Shown piece after piece: positions 1 through 7,872 of a stretch of 18,631 bases of DNA. The stretch covers positions 1 to 18,631 of the forward strand of contig JBGPXN010000085.1 in the NCBI GenBank assembly GCA_041492755.1, written 5' to 3'. How positions within the stretch are numbered: position 1 is the stretch's first letter; the number at the start of each line of letters is the position of its first letter. Both the position numbers and the translations under genes were made by a program. Under the pieces are notes generated by a model. The model searched no databases, was not told where the DNA came from, and was given only the letters and a program-made list of their open reading frames with translations. This DNA comes from Candidatus Methylomirabilia bacterium. Its GTDB lineage: Bacteria; Methylomirabilota; Methylomirabilia; Rokubacteriales; CSP1-6.

Positions 1-174
1 CACGTCGTCCTTGAACTTCAGGGGGGCGCGATCGGCCGTCGCCCGCACCACCGAGGCCTGTCCGGAGAGGGTCGTCACCACGCCCGCGGACGTGCCCTGG
101 GCCAGAACCGCCGCCGGCCACACGGCCACTGCCATGAGCGCCCCTAAAATCCTTGGCGCGATTCCTGATGTCAT
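1..174 (-). CDS. FecR-domain secreted protein, 5' part (runs off the window edge)
   Basis: Manual translation from ATG at 174: MTSGIAPRILGALMAVAVWPAAVLAQGTSAGVVTTLSGQASVVRATADRAPLKFKDDV. Signal peptide then a 'GVVTTLSGQASVVR...PLKFKDDV' pattern typical of FecR-domain starts. SD GGGAGGAG at 181-188. Not in the ORF track. Confidence 0.7.
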   Translation of the reverse strand, partial: MTSGIAPRILGALMAVAVWPAAVLAQGTSAGVVTTLSGQASVVRATADRAPLKFKDDV

Positions 175-219
175 CGATGGCTCCTCCCAGAGGGTTCGCC
201 CGGGATTCCGGGCGCGCCG

Positions 220-228
220 ATTATAGCA
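220..228 (-). promoter_or_regulatory. Extended -10 promoter (TGcTATAAT) for the FecR-domain gene
   Basis: Perfect TG-n-TATAAT on the minus strand about 45 nt upstream of the ATG at 174; overlaps the stop of the upstream gene. Confidence 0.55.
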
Positions 229-1120
229 ATGCTCGGGACAACATACGTTCCGAAAGCGCCGGCGCATGCACGAGCCACGAACCAGGGCGATTCGGAAGCT
301 CACACCCCGGTCGGATGGCGCGCCGGCGTGTCAGGCGGTCAATCGCCGCATCGACGGCGCTGCGCGGCAGTCCGAAGAGGCGGGCGAGCAGCCGCTCGGT
401 GCTGAAGACGGCGCCGCGCAGGTAGCGCTCGACGAGCCGGTCGATGGCCGCATCGCGCGCCAGCCGTCGCCCCTCCGCGACCCCGTCGGGCAGCCAGGCT
501 TCGAGCAGGTCCCATCGATACGAGAACGACGGCTCGTACCGCTCCTCGACCTTCACCAGCCAGAGCCCTTGTTGCAACTCCGCCATCGCGCGCTCGAACT
601 CGCGCGTCCGCGCCGGATCCAGCATGAAGCTGGTCGTGCGCAAGTCGCGCGTGTACTGCGGGTGCTCGCGCATCATCGCGTCCATCAGCCGCCGTGCGGT
701 GTGGCTCATGCGGCCGGCGGCGTATTCCTCGCGATAATCGCGGGCGCGCTGGCGGCCGCGCACCAGGGCGTAGAACGCAGGGAACAGATCGAGAGCGACG
801 AGCACGGGACGCGCCTTCAGGAGCTTGCCGTAGTAGACCAGCTTCCGGGCGGGCAGCCGGTCTTTCAGCTTCCACGTCAGGCCGATGCCGGCGTCGTGGT
901 GGGAGCGCCGCGGCCAACGCGGATCGGCGCGTCCGGTGACGGCCTCCCAGAGACACGCGACGCCCTCGGGAAATCGATAGAACGTCGAGCAGAAGCCGAC
1001 CGCGTCGACGAACGCCAGGGCCGAGCGCTCGCTCCGGACTCTGAGCGATGGCCGCCGGCGGAACCGCTGGTCGCGGAGCCGCTCGACGTTCGGTGCCGGC
1101 ACCCGCGCAGCGGCGCTCAC
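221..1120 (-). CDS. AlkZ/YcaQ-like winged-helix protein (putative DNA crosslink-repair glycosylase family)
   Basis: Motifs FVDAVGFC...LWEAV, WKLKDRLP..KLVYYGKLL..RPVLV, FERAMAELQ. Start moved to GTG at 1120, which overlaps the upstream stop as GTGA; the track's extension to 1303 is Arg-rich shadow sequence. Confidence 0.65.
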   Translation of the reverse strand: MSAAARVPAPNVERLRDQRFRRRPSLRVRSERSALAFVDAVGFCSTFYRFPEGVACLWEAVTGRADPRWPRRSHHDAGIGLTWKLKDRLPARKLVYYGKLLKARPVLVALDLFPAFYALVRGRQRARDYREEYAAGRMSHTARRLMDAMMREHPQYTRDLRTTSFMLDPARTREFERAMAELQQGLWLVKVEERYEPSFSYRWDLLEAWLPDGVAEGRRLARDAAIDRLVERYLRGAVFSTERLLARLFGLPRSAVDAAIDRLTRRRAIRPGCELPNRPGSWLVHAPALSERMLSRALL

Positions 1121-1275
1121 GCGGGCGGCGGCCGCGCGTCGGCGGGCGCGAGGCCGGCCAGATCGGGCTCGAGCTGCAGCGTATCGGCGATCTTCGTGTA
1201 GCTCGAGAACACCTCGAAGAGCATCCGGGCCTGCTCCGGAGACTCGCACGCGTCCCGCAGCCGAACCGTCGGCAT
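1117..1275 (-). CDS. Small hypothetical protein, 52 aa
   Basis: MPTVRLRDACESPEQARMLFEVFSSYTKIADTLQLEPDLAGLAPADARPPPA*. Strong SD GGGAGGAG 6 nt before the ATG; stop coupled to the next gene by GTGA. Below the ORF-track size cutoff. Confidence 0.65.
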   Translation of the reverse strand: MPTVRLRDACESPEQARMLFEVFSSYTKIADTLQLEPDLAGLAPADARPPPA

Positions 1276-1445
1276 GCCGTGCTCCTCCCGTCGCCCCGCG
1301 CACGGGCGGACGACGGCGCTCAGTCTAGCGGAGGCGCGCTGGGTGCGCTAATCCCGCAGCCGGAAAGGCCGCCCGGCGACGGGACTTCCCGCCACCGGGC
1401 GCCGGACGCTGCGCTGGATCGTGACGTGTGCCCGGACGGGAGGCG

Positions 1446-2075
1446 TTATTGCTCCTTGGCCAGGAACTGGGCGCGGCGGTTCTTGCTCCAGCACGCTTCG
1501 GCGTGCTGGGTGCAGAGCGGGCGCTCCTCGCCGTAGCTGATGATCGTCATGCGATCGGCCGCGATACTGCGGCTCGCCAGGTACGTCACGGTCGACTTCG
1601 CCCGGCGCTCCCCGAGCGCCAGATTGTACTCGTTGGTGCCGCGCTCATCGCAGTGACCTTCGATCAACACGAGGCGTCGCGGGTTGGCGCGCAGCCATTC
1701 GGCATTGGCGTCGAGGATCCTGGCGTCGCCGGGGCGGATGTCCGAGCGGTCGAACTCGAAGTGGATCATCTTCAGCTCGGCCACTGGCGCGAAGTCGCGC
1801 ACCACGGGGCGCTCCGGAACGGGCGCCGGAGCCGGCCCAACCGGGGCCGGGGGCGAGGTTGCCGGAGGCACGGGCTCCGGCTTCGCCGGCACCACGTTGG
1901 GCGGCGCGGGCGCCACGGCCAGCGGCGGCACGGGCGCGGGCGCCACGGCGACGATCGCCTGGCCGCCGGGGGCGGGCGCGGTGGCGGCCGTGAGGGTGGG
2001 CCGCTTGGCGCAGGCGCCCACGACGAGGCCGAGCGCGAGGACAGAAACGACGGAGGCGGAAACGGTGCGATTCAT
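1446..2075 (-). CDS. pal: Peptidoglycan-associated lipoprotein (OmpA-family) with Pro/Ala-rich linker
   Basis: Lipobox VVGAC; IHFEFDRSDIR, IEGHCDERGTNEYNLALGERRA, ISYGEERP, KNRRA; SD GAAGGAG. Confidence 0.92.
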   Translation of the reverse strand: MNRTVSASVVSVLALGLVVGACAKRPTLTAATAPAPGGQAIVAVAPAPVPPLAVAPAPPNVVPAKPEPVPPATSPPAPVGPAPAPVPERPVVRDFAPVAELKMIHFEFDRSDIRPGDARILDANAEWLRANPRRLVLIEGHCDERGTNEYNLALGERRAKSTVTYLASRSIAADRMTIISYGEERPLCTQHAEACWSKNRRAQFLAKEQ

Positions 2076-2093
2076 GGGCTCTCCTTCACGCGC

Positions 2094-2351
2094 TCAGCGT
2101 TCCAGGATTTGTTCCTGGCTCACGGTGACCGGCTTGCCCCACCACCCCTCTTCGCGCGCCATGGCGATCTCGTTCCGCGTCACCTTCGCCGGCGCGCCCT
2201 CTGTATTGTGGACGGAGAAGGACATGTGCTCCCCCGAGGCGAAATGCGTGGGATGGGTGCGCCACGTCGTCCATTCCTCGCTGGTCGCGCAGGCAGTCGT
2301 CGCGAGGAGCGCGCCGCCGATCAGCAAGTAACGCGATGTCGAACGCAACAT
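2094..2351 (-). CDS. Small hypothetical lipoprotein, 85 aa
   Basis: SD GAGGAGG then ATG at 2351: MLRSTSRYLLIGGALLATTAC (lipobox) ATSEEWTTWRTHPTHFASGEHMSFSV...GWWGKPVTV. Confidence 0.75.
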   Translation of the reverse strand: MLRSTSRYLLIGGALLATTACATSEEWTTWRTHPTHFASGEHMSFSVHNTEGAPAKVTRNEIAMAREEGWWGKPVTVSQEQILER

Positions 2352-2458
2352 ATATGATTCCTCCTCGTCCGGCCGTCTCGCCGGGGCTTGGCTTCTCGTC
2401 ATGGGCGCGGCTCGTCTACCCGAGGAGAATCTCCGCGCGCCAACGGAATGTTTGTCGG

Positions 2459-2475
2459 TGCAGCAGGCGTGCCAG
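2459..2475 (-). promoter_or_regulatory. Sigma-54 (-24/-12) promoter upstream of the lipoprotein-pal pair
   Basis: Minus strand CTGGCACGCCTGCTGCA against consensus YTGGCACG-N4-TTGCW: one mismatch, exact GG-N10-GC spacing, intergenic and correctly oriented. Confidence 0.6.
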
Positions 2476-2618
2476 ACCCAGCAAGATGGCAAGCGTCAAC
2501 AGCGACGCTCCGTTGGCGTAGGGGGCTCCCGGAGTATGTCCGAACGTGGTATTGAAGCGCTTACACAACCACCGCAAAAAAGTCGCGACCGGCGCCGGCT
2601 GCGACGAGGAGAACGGCC

Positions 2619-3533
2619 ATGGCAAGCGGCAGCAAGCTGAGCGACCTCCAGGCGCGGTTCGGCGTAGCCGGTGCGCTCGCGTTCGAGGACACGGGCGGAC
2701 TCGTCCGCGCCGTCGTCGCCACGCCGCGCGCCCAGGGAGACGTCTACCTGCAGGGTGCGCACGTCGCCCGCTACCGGCCGACGGGTCAACAACACCCGGT
2801 CCTGTTCGTGAGTGGACGAAGCGCCTTCACGGCGGGCAAGGCGATCCGCGGGGGCGTGCCGATGATCTTTCCCTGGTTCGGCGCCAAGGCCGACAACCCG
2901 TCCGCACCCCAGCATGGCTTCGCCCGGGTGGCGTCGTTCGACGTCGAGTCCGCGCGTCAGGAGGGTGGCGCGGTGACCCTCGTGCTGCGACTTGACGCGG
3001 ACGCGTCGAGCCGGCAGGCGTGGCCGTACGATTTCGTGGCGCGCTATCGCGTGACCATGGGCGACACGCTCGAGCTCGCCTTCGAGGTCGAGAACCGCTC
3101 GGCGAGCCCCCTCACCTACGAGGAGGCCCTGCACACGTATCTGGCGGTTGGCGACATCCGGAAGGCATCGATCGAAGGACTCGCCGGCACGACCTTCATC
3201 GACAAGGTGGACGGCTTCCAGCGTAAGCGCGAGGGCAGCGCCCCCATTCGCCTGGGGGGCGAGACCGACCGCGTTTACCTCGACACGACGGCGACCTGTG
3301 TGGTCGACGATCCCGTGCTGGGGCGGCGGCTGATCGTCGACAAGCATGGCTCCGCCTCCACCGTGGTCTGGAACCCCTGGTCAGAGAAGGCGAAGGGGAT
3401 GGCGGACTTCGGCGACGACGAGTGGCCCCAGATGGTCTGCATCGAAACCGCCAACGCCGCCGACAACGCCGTCACCCTCGCCCCCGGCGCCCGCCACGAG
3501 CTCCGCGCCACCATCCGCACGGAGTCGCGATAG
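2619..3533 (+). CDS. D-hexose-6-phosphate mutarotase (glucose-6-phosphate 1-epimerase, YeaD-like)
   Basis: LQGAHV, KAIRGGVPMIFPWFG, QHGFAR, EEALHTYL, ETDRVY, TVVWNPW, MVCIETANA; SD GAGGAG. Confidence 0.92.
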   Translation: MASGSKLSDLQARFGVAGALAFEDTGGLVRAVVATPRAQGDVYLQGAHVARYRPTGQQHPVLFVSGRSAFTAGKAIRGGVPMIFPWFGAKADNPSAPQHGFARVASFDVESARQEGGAVTLVLRLDADASSRQAWPYDFVARYRVTMGDTLELAFEVENRSASPLTYEEALHTYLAVGDIRKASIEGLAGTTFIDKVDGFQRKREGSAPIRLGGETDRVYLDTTATCVVDDPVLGRRLIVDKHGSASTVVWNPWSEKAKGMADFGDDEWPQMVCIETANAADNAVTLAPGARHELRATIRTESR

Positions 3534-3613
3534 AAAGAGCGCCGGGGCGGCCAGGGAGGCGCTCCGACCAAACGCTGCTGATCGCCCCGGGACAATACGC
3601 AGGGACTGACGAC

Positions 3614-3688
3614 ATGGGGGGCCCCGATATGGCCCCCCATACCCCCCAGACGCTCGGCACGCCCCGGGGGACCCGTGGCGCGCCTCGA
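3614..3688 (+). repeat. Dispersed two-hairpin intergenic repeat, locus 1
   Basis: ATGGGGGGCC-ccgatat-GGCCCCCCAT (10-bp perfect stem), then acccccc..cgctcgg..cgccccgggggacccgtggcgcgcctcga. Homologous to 7570-7640 and to the reverse complement of 18566-18631. Confidence 0.85.
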
Positions 3689-3734
3689 ATTCCCTCACAC
3701 CCTCTGACCGCTCCGAGCTGCCGTCGCGGGGAGG

Positions 3735-3767
3735 GGTCGGAGGGGGCCTCGGTGACCCCCTCCGACC
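3735..3767. repeat. 12-bp perfect inverted repeat between convergent mutarotase and pgi genes
   Basis: GGTCGGAGGGGG (3735-3746) pairs with CCCCCTCCGACC (3756-3767); a smaller GGGGGC-gga-GCCCCC hairpin follows at about 3775-3789. No U-tract. Confidence 0.7.
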
Positions 3768-3798
3768 AAACGACGGGGGCGGAGCCCCCCTTCGAGCC

Positions 3799-5391
3799 TT
3801 AGGCGGAATACGTCGACGCGAAGATCGAGGCGCCGGCGCCGCGGGTCCGCTTCACACCGTGATCGCGGTTGGCGACCAGGTGCTGGAGGACCTTGAACGC
3901 CGTCTCGACCTCTTCGCGGGCGCCGATCTCCTGCGCAATCTGCTCCACGGCGAAGCTCTGGCCCTTGCGCGCGCGCAGGAAGGACACGACCTTCTGCTGC
4001 ACGTCGAGCACGCTCGCTGCCGCCTTCTTGCCCGCCTCCACGCCCGGCTGGTGGTAGGCGTTGATGTTCACCAGCGTTCCGTAGTAGCCGACCACGCGCT
4101 CGTAGAGCGCGATGAGCTTGCCCACGGTCTGCGGGCTCACGTCGGGGACGCTGATCGTGATGCTCTCGCGGCCGCTCTCGTGGAGCGCCCGGCGCGTGCC
4201 CTGCAGGAAGCCGCTCAGGTAGTCGCCGCTCGTCGCCCCCGGCTCTACCTGCATCGAGCGCGTGGCGCGGTCCTTGAGGACCTCGATGAAGGTGATGAAG
4301 AAGTTGTTCACGCCGTCGCGCAGTTGCTGGACGTAGGCGTGCTGGTCGGTGGAGCCCTTGTTGCCGTAGACGGCGATGCCCTGGTTTACCACGCGCCCGT
4401 TGAGGTCCTTCTCCTTGCCGAGCGACTCCATCACGAGCTGCTGGAGGTACTTGCTGAAGAGCTCCAGGCGGTCCTTGTACGGCAGGACGACCATGTCCTT
4501 GGCGCCCCGCCCGCCGCCCGCGTGGAACCACATCTGCGCGATGAGCGCGGCCGGGTTCCGCAGCGGATCCTTCTCGCGCGTCACCGCGTCCATCGCCTTG
4601 GCGCCGTCGAGCATGCCCTGGATGTCGATGCCCTGCAGGGCCGCGGCAAGCAGCCCCACCGCCGACAGCTCCGAGGTGCGGCCGCCGACCCAGTCCCACA
4701 TGGGGAAGCGGGCCATGAACTGGTTGGCGACGGCGAAGTCGTCAAGCTCGCTCGCCTCCTGCGTCACCGCGACGGCGTGGGCGCCGAACGGCAGCTTGGC
4801 CGCGTCGTAGGCCTTCTTGGCCTCGAGCATGCCGTTGCGAGTCTCCTTGGTGCCGCCCGACTTCGAGATGTTGATGATGATCGTTTCTTTGAGGCCGCTC
4901 CCGATGCGGGCGAGCACGTTGTCCATCCCGTCGGGATCGGTGTTGTCGAAGAAGTACGGCGTCATCTTGTCGCCGGCCGTCCCCAGCGCCTTGGCCACGA
5001 ACTGTGGGCCGAGCGCGGAGCCGCCGATGCCGACGACGAGCACGTTCTTGAACTGCTTGGCCTTGGGCGGCTTGATCTTGCCGGCGTGGACGGCCCGGGC
5101 GAACTTCTTCATGTTGGCCAGGCAGGAGTCGATCTCCTTCTTGATCTCCGCGCTCGGCGCCTTCGATGAGTCGCGCAGCCAGTAGTGCCCGACCATACGC
5201 TTTTCGTCGGGGTTGGCGATCTCACCGGCCTCCAGCTTGTCCATCTCGGTGAAGGCGCGGCGGATGTCCGCCTCCTTCTCCTTCAGGAACGCATCGCTGA
5301 AGTTCATCCGGCTGACGTCGACGGTCACGCCGACGGAGTCGCAGACGAGCAGGTACCGCTTGAACCGTTCCCACTGTGCGAGATCAGGCAT
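3799..5391 (-). CDS. pgi: Glucose-6-phosphate isomerase
   Basis: [86 protein letters not shown]. Confidence 0.97.
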   Translation of the reverse strand: MPDLAQWERFKRYLLVCDSVGVTVDVSRMNFSDAFLKEKEADIRRAFTEMDKLEAGEIANPDEKRMVGHYWLRDSSKAPSAEIKKEIDSCLANMKKFARAVHAGKIKPPKAKQFKNVLVVGIGGSALGPQFVAKALGTAGDKMTPYFFDNTDPDGMDNVLARIGSGLKETIIINISKSGGTKETRNGMLEAKKAYDAAKLPFGAHAVAVTQEASELDDFAVANQFMARFPMWDWVGGRTSELSAVGLLAAALQGIDIQGMLDGAKAMDAVTREKDPLRNPAALIAQMWFHAGGGRGAKDMVVLPYKDRLELFSKYLQQLVMESLGKEKDLNGRVVNQGIAVYGNKGSTDQHAYVQQLRDGVNNFFITFIEVLKDRATRSMQVEPGATSGDYLSGFLQGTRRALHESGRESITISVPDVSPQTVGKLIALYERVVGYYGTLVNINAYHQPGVEAGKKAAASVLDVQQKVVSFLRARKGQSFAVEQIAQEIGAREEVETAFKVLQHLVANRDHGVKRTRGAGASIFASTYSA

Positions 5392-5427
5392 GTATTGCCT
5401 CCTTCACGCTCCGATCGTTAAGTTGAG

Positions 5428-6117
5428 CTAGGGCGACTGGGGTCGATCCGGGCGCGGCCGCCCGGCGCCGGTCCCGACGGCGGCGGCGCCCGCCGGCCGG
5501 CCCCCCCGCCCGGCGGCGGCGGGTTCGGGCTCGTCCAGCTTGGCCCGTAGTCGCTTCACCAGTTCGGTGTACGACGACGTCTGGACGATCTTGTTGAATT
5601 GCGTCCGATAATTTCCGACGAGACTGACGCCTTCGATGGCGACGTCGAAGGCGCGCCAGCGATCGCCCCGGCGGAGCATCCGATAGTCCACCGGGACTTC
5701 GGTGCCCTGCTTGGTCTGAATGCGCGTCCGCACGGTCACGACCTCGCCGTCACCGAGTTCGCCCACGTAGAGGATCTTCTCGCCGGAGTACAGCTCGATC
5801 TTGGAGACGTACGAACGCTCGAGCAGATCGGTGAAGAGGGCGACGAACTCCTGCCGCTCGGCCGGTGTTCGTGCCTGCCAGTGCACGCCCAGGCTGCGCT
5901 GCGAGATCTCGGTGAAGTCGAAGATGTCCTCGGCGATGCGCCGGGTGGTGGCGCGCCGCTCCTGGATCTTGCCGTCTCCCGGTGTGTCGAGGGCCTTGAG
6001 CGCCTGGTCCACGTGGGCCCGAAGCTGGTCCGTGGCCGGCCCCGCCGCCGCGTTCCCTGCGCCGGTCATCGCGACGAGGAGCACGGTGAGGATTGCGCTG
6101 CAGCCACCCGGTCTCAT
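5428..6117 (-). CDS. mlaC: MlaC/Ttg2D family periplasmic phospholipid-binding protein
   Basis: Signal peptide; FDFTEISQRSLG.HW, ERQEFVALFTDLLERSY, VPVDYRM, WRAFDVAIEGVSLVGNYRTQF. Confidence 0.88.
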   Translation of the reverse strand: MRPGGCSAILTVLLVAMTGAGNAAAGPATDQLRAHVDQALKALDTPGDGKIQERRATTRRIAEDIFDFTEISQRSLGVHWQARTPAERQEFVALFTDLLERSYVSKIELYSGEKILYVGELGDGEVVTVRTRIQTKQGTEVPVDYRMLRRGDRWRAFDVAIEGVSLVGNYRTQFNKIVQTSSYTELVKRLRAKLDEPEPAAAGRGGRPAGAAAVGTGAGRPRPDRPQSP

Positions 6118-6145
6118 GAAATCTCCAACGATCGTGGGTGCGGCG

Positions 6146-6174
6146 ATTCTAGGTGCGCGCTCTCACCCTGTCAA
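6146..6174 (-). promoter_or_regulatory. Sigma-70 promoter for mlaC (and possibly pgi)
   Basis: Minus strand TTGACA (6174-6169), 17-nt spacer, TAGAAT (6151-6146). Confidence 0.8.
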
Positions 6175-6261
6175 CGCGCGCGGACGGATCACCCGCCGGC
6201 GCCCCGCGCACGCCGGGCGCGGCGTGGCCGGCCCGCGCCGGACGCGCTATCATCGCCTGCC

Positions 6262-6750
6262 ATGAAGCTGTTGATCGTTCGTCACGCCATCGCCTATCCG
6301 CACGGCACACCGGACTACGAGGAGGACGAGCGGCCCTTGACGCCGGAGGGACGCCGCAAGTTCGAGCGGGCCGCGCGCGGCCTCGTCAAGATCATCGGCC
6401 CGCCGGACGTGCTCCTGACGAGCCCGCTCCCGCGGGCGCGGCAGACGGCTGAGATCGCGGCCGAGGCGTGGGGCGGCGTGTCGCCCACCGAAGAGCCAGC
6501 GCTCGCCGACGGCGACATCGACGCCGTGCTGAGAGCGATCGATCGCCTGCCGCGCGATGCGCGGATCGCGGTCGTCGGTCACGAGCCCTACGTGTCGGCA
6601 TTGCTGGGGCGCCTGCTCGGCGTCGACCACACCGATCGACTGGAGTTCCGCAAGGGCGGTGCGGCTCTGGTGAACCTGCCGGGATCGGCCCTGAACGGCG
6701 GCCGTCTGGAGTGGTATGTGCGTCCTAAGATACTGAGAAAGCTGGCGTAA
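6262..6750 (+). CDS. sixA: Phosphohistidine phosphatase SixA family
   Basis: MKLLIVRHA, DERPLTPEG, LTSPLPRARQTA, VVGHEP, EFRKGGAA. Real start is ATG 6262 inside the longer track ORF 5599-6750. Confidence 0.88.
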   Translation: MKLLIVRHAIAYPHGTPDYEEDERPLTPEGRRKFERAARGLVKIIGPPDVLLTSPLPRARQTAEIAAEAWGGVSPTEEPALADGDIDAVLRAIDRLPRDARIAVVGHEPYVSALLGRLLGVDHTDRLEFRKGGAALVNLPGSALNGGRLEWYVRPKILRKLA

Positions 6751-6830
6751 TTCATTCCTCTGGAAAGTTCCGACCGTAATTCGTCGTTCAGGGCTATAGT
6801 GCGACCCATCGTCCCCGAGGAGGAGGCCTT

Positions 6831-7565
6831 ATGGCGCTTGTGACTCCGATTTCCGGTGGGTCCGGTCGCAACGGACCGACGACGCTTTCGATCGACATCG
6901 GCGGCACCGGCCTGAAGGCCTCGGTGCTCGACGAGAAGGGCCAGATGGTCGTCGATCGCGTGCGCGTCGAGACGCCCGTGGGGAGCTCTCCCGAAGTCAT
7001 CGTCGAAACGCTCGTGAAGCTGGTCGAGCCGCTCCCTTCCTACGACCGCGTGTCCGTCGGATTCCCGGGAGTGGTCCGCGACGGAAAGATCCGGAGCGCG
7101 CCCAACCTGGGCAACGACGCCTGGAAGGGCTTCGACCTCCAATCCGCCATGACCGAAGCGCTCAAGAAGCCCGTCCGCATCGTCAACGATGCGGACATGC
7201 AGGGCCTCGGTGTGATCCTGGGCAAGGGCGTGGAGGTCGTGATCACCCTCGGCACCGGCTTCGGCAGCGGCATCTACGTCGACGGGCGGCTGAGCTGCCA
7301 TCTCGAGATGGCGCACCACCCGTTCCGCAAGGGTGAGACGTACGACCAGCAGCTCGGCAACGCCGCGCGCAAGAAGGTGGGCTCGAAGAAGTGGAACAAG
7401 CGGGCGAAGACAGCCATCAAGAATCTGAGGACGCTCGCGAACTTCGACCACCTCTACATCGGCGGCGGCAACGCCAAGAAGCTCAACTTCAAGCTCCCCG
7501 ACGACATCACCGTCGTCTCCAACCAGGCGGGCATCGCGGGCGGCATCGCCCTCTGGCGGGATTAG
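6831..7565 (+). CDS. ppgK: ROK-family polyphosphate-dependent gluco(manno)kinase
   Basis: SIDIGGTGLKA, VSVGFPGVV, VNDADMQGLG, ITLGTGFGS, EMAHHPFRKGETY, GGIALWRD. From memory it closely resembles the Anabaena All1371 type. Located in the ppx-ppk1 cluster; SD GAGGAGGAGG. Confidence 0.8.
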   Translation: MALVTPISGGSGRNGPTTLSIDIGGTGLKASVLDEKGQMVVDRVRVETPVGSSPEVIVETLVKLVEPLPSYDRVSVGFPGVVRDGKIRSAPNLGNDAWKGFDLQSAMTEALKKPVRIVNDADMQGLGVILGKGVEVVITLGTGFGSGIYVDGRLSCHLEMAHHPFRKGETYDQQLGNAARKKVGSKKWNKRAKTAIKNLRTLANFDHLYIGGGNAKKLNFKLPDDITVVSNQAGIAGGIALWRD

Positions 7566-7569
7566 TTGA

Positions 7570-7813
7570 ATGGGGGGCCCCGAAATGGCCCCCCATACCC
7601 CCCATGCTCGGCAGCGCCCCGGGGAACCCGGGGCGCTCCTCGTCTTCCGTCAGGTGTCCCCGAGGCCCCGAAATGGCCCCTGCACCCCAATGCTCGCCGG
7701 CATCCCGGGGAACCCGGGGGGCTCCTCGTCTTCCGTCAGGTGTCCCCGCGGCCCCGAAATGGCCCCTGCACCCCAATGCTCGCCGGCGCCCCGGGAACCC
7801 GGGGGGCTCTTCG
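7570..7813 (+). repeat. Dispersed two-hairpin repeat, locus 2: about three tandem units (periods 88 and 86 nt)
   Basis: GGCCCCGAAATGGCCCC starts at 7576, 7664 and 7750. Linker CTCCTCGTCTTCCGTCAGGTGTCCCCG occurs twice. Each unit has a CCCGGG-(g)aa-CCCGGG hairpin. Confidence 0.92.
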
Positions 7814-7872
7814 GTTCTCGTAACCGGCTATCGATGATGTGAGCCTCGCGCTCACATCAGAGGATCTTCAGC

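Noticed and set aside
2073..2096. Lipoprotein TGA is in frame with the pal ATG (possible read-through fusion)
   Set aside because: pal has its own SD and signal peptide; there is no Cys-type motif or SECIS-like hairpin.
3735..3790. Intrinsic (rho-independent) terminator call
   Set aside because: The stems are strong but lack a convincing U-tract (only 3 U on the minus strand), so they are kept as repeats only.
7570..7813. Possible CRISPR array
   Set aside because: The sequences between repeats are themselves near-identical (no unique spacers), units are 86-88 nt, and there are no cas genes.
7391..7842. Short ORFs with repeated peptides (MGGPEMAPHTP...) over the repeat arrays, also near 3614
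   Set aside because: By-products of translating the GC-rich DNA repeat; no SD, and the frame is not kept between units.
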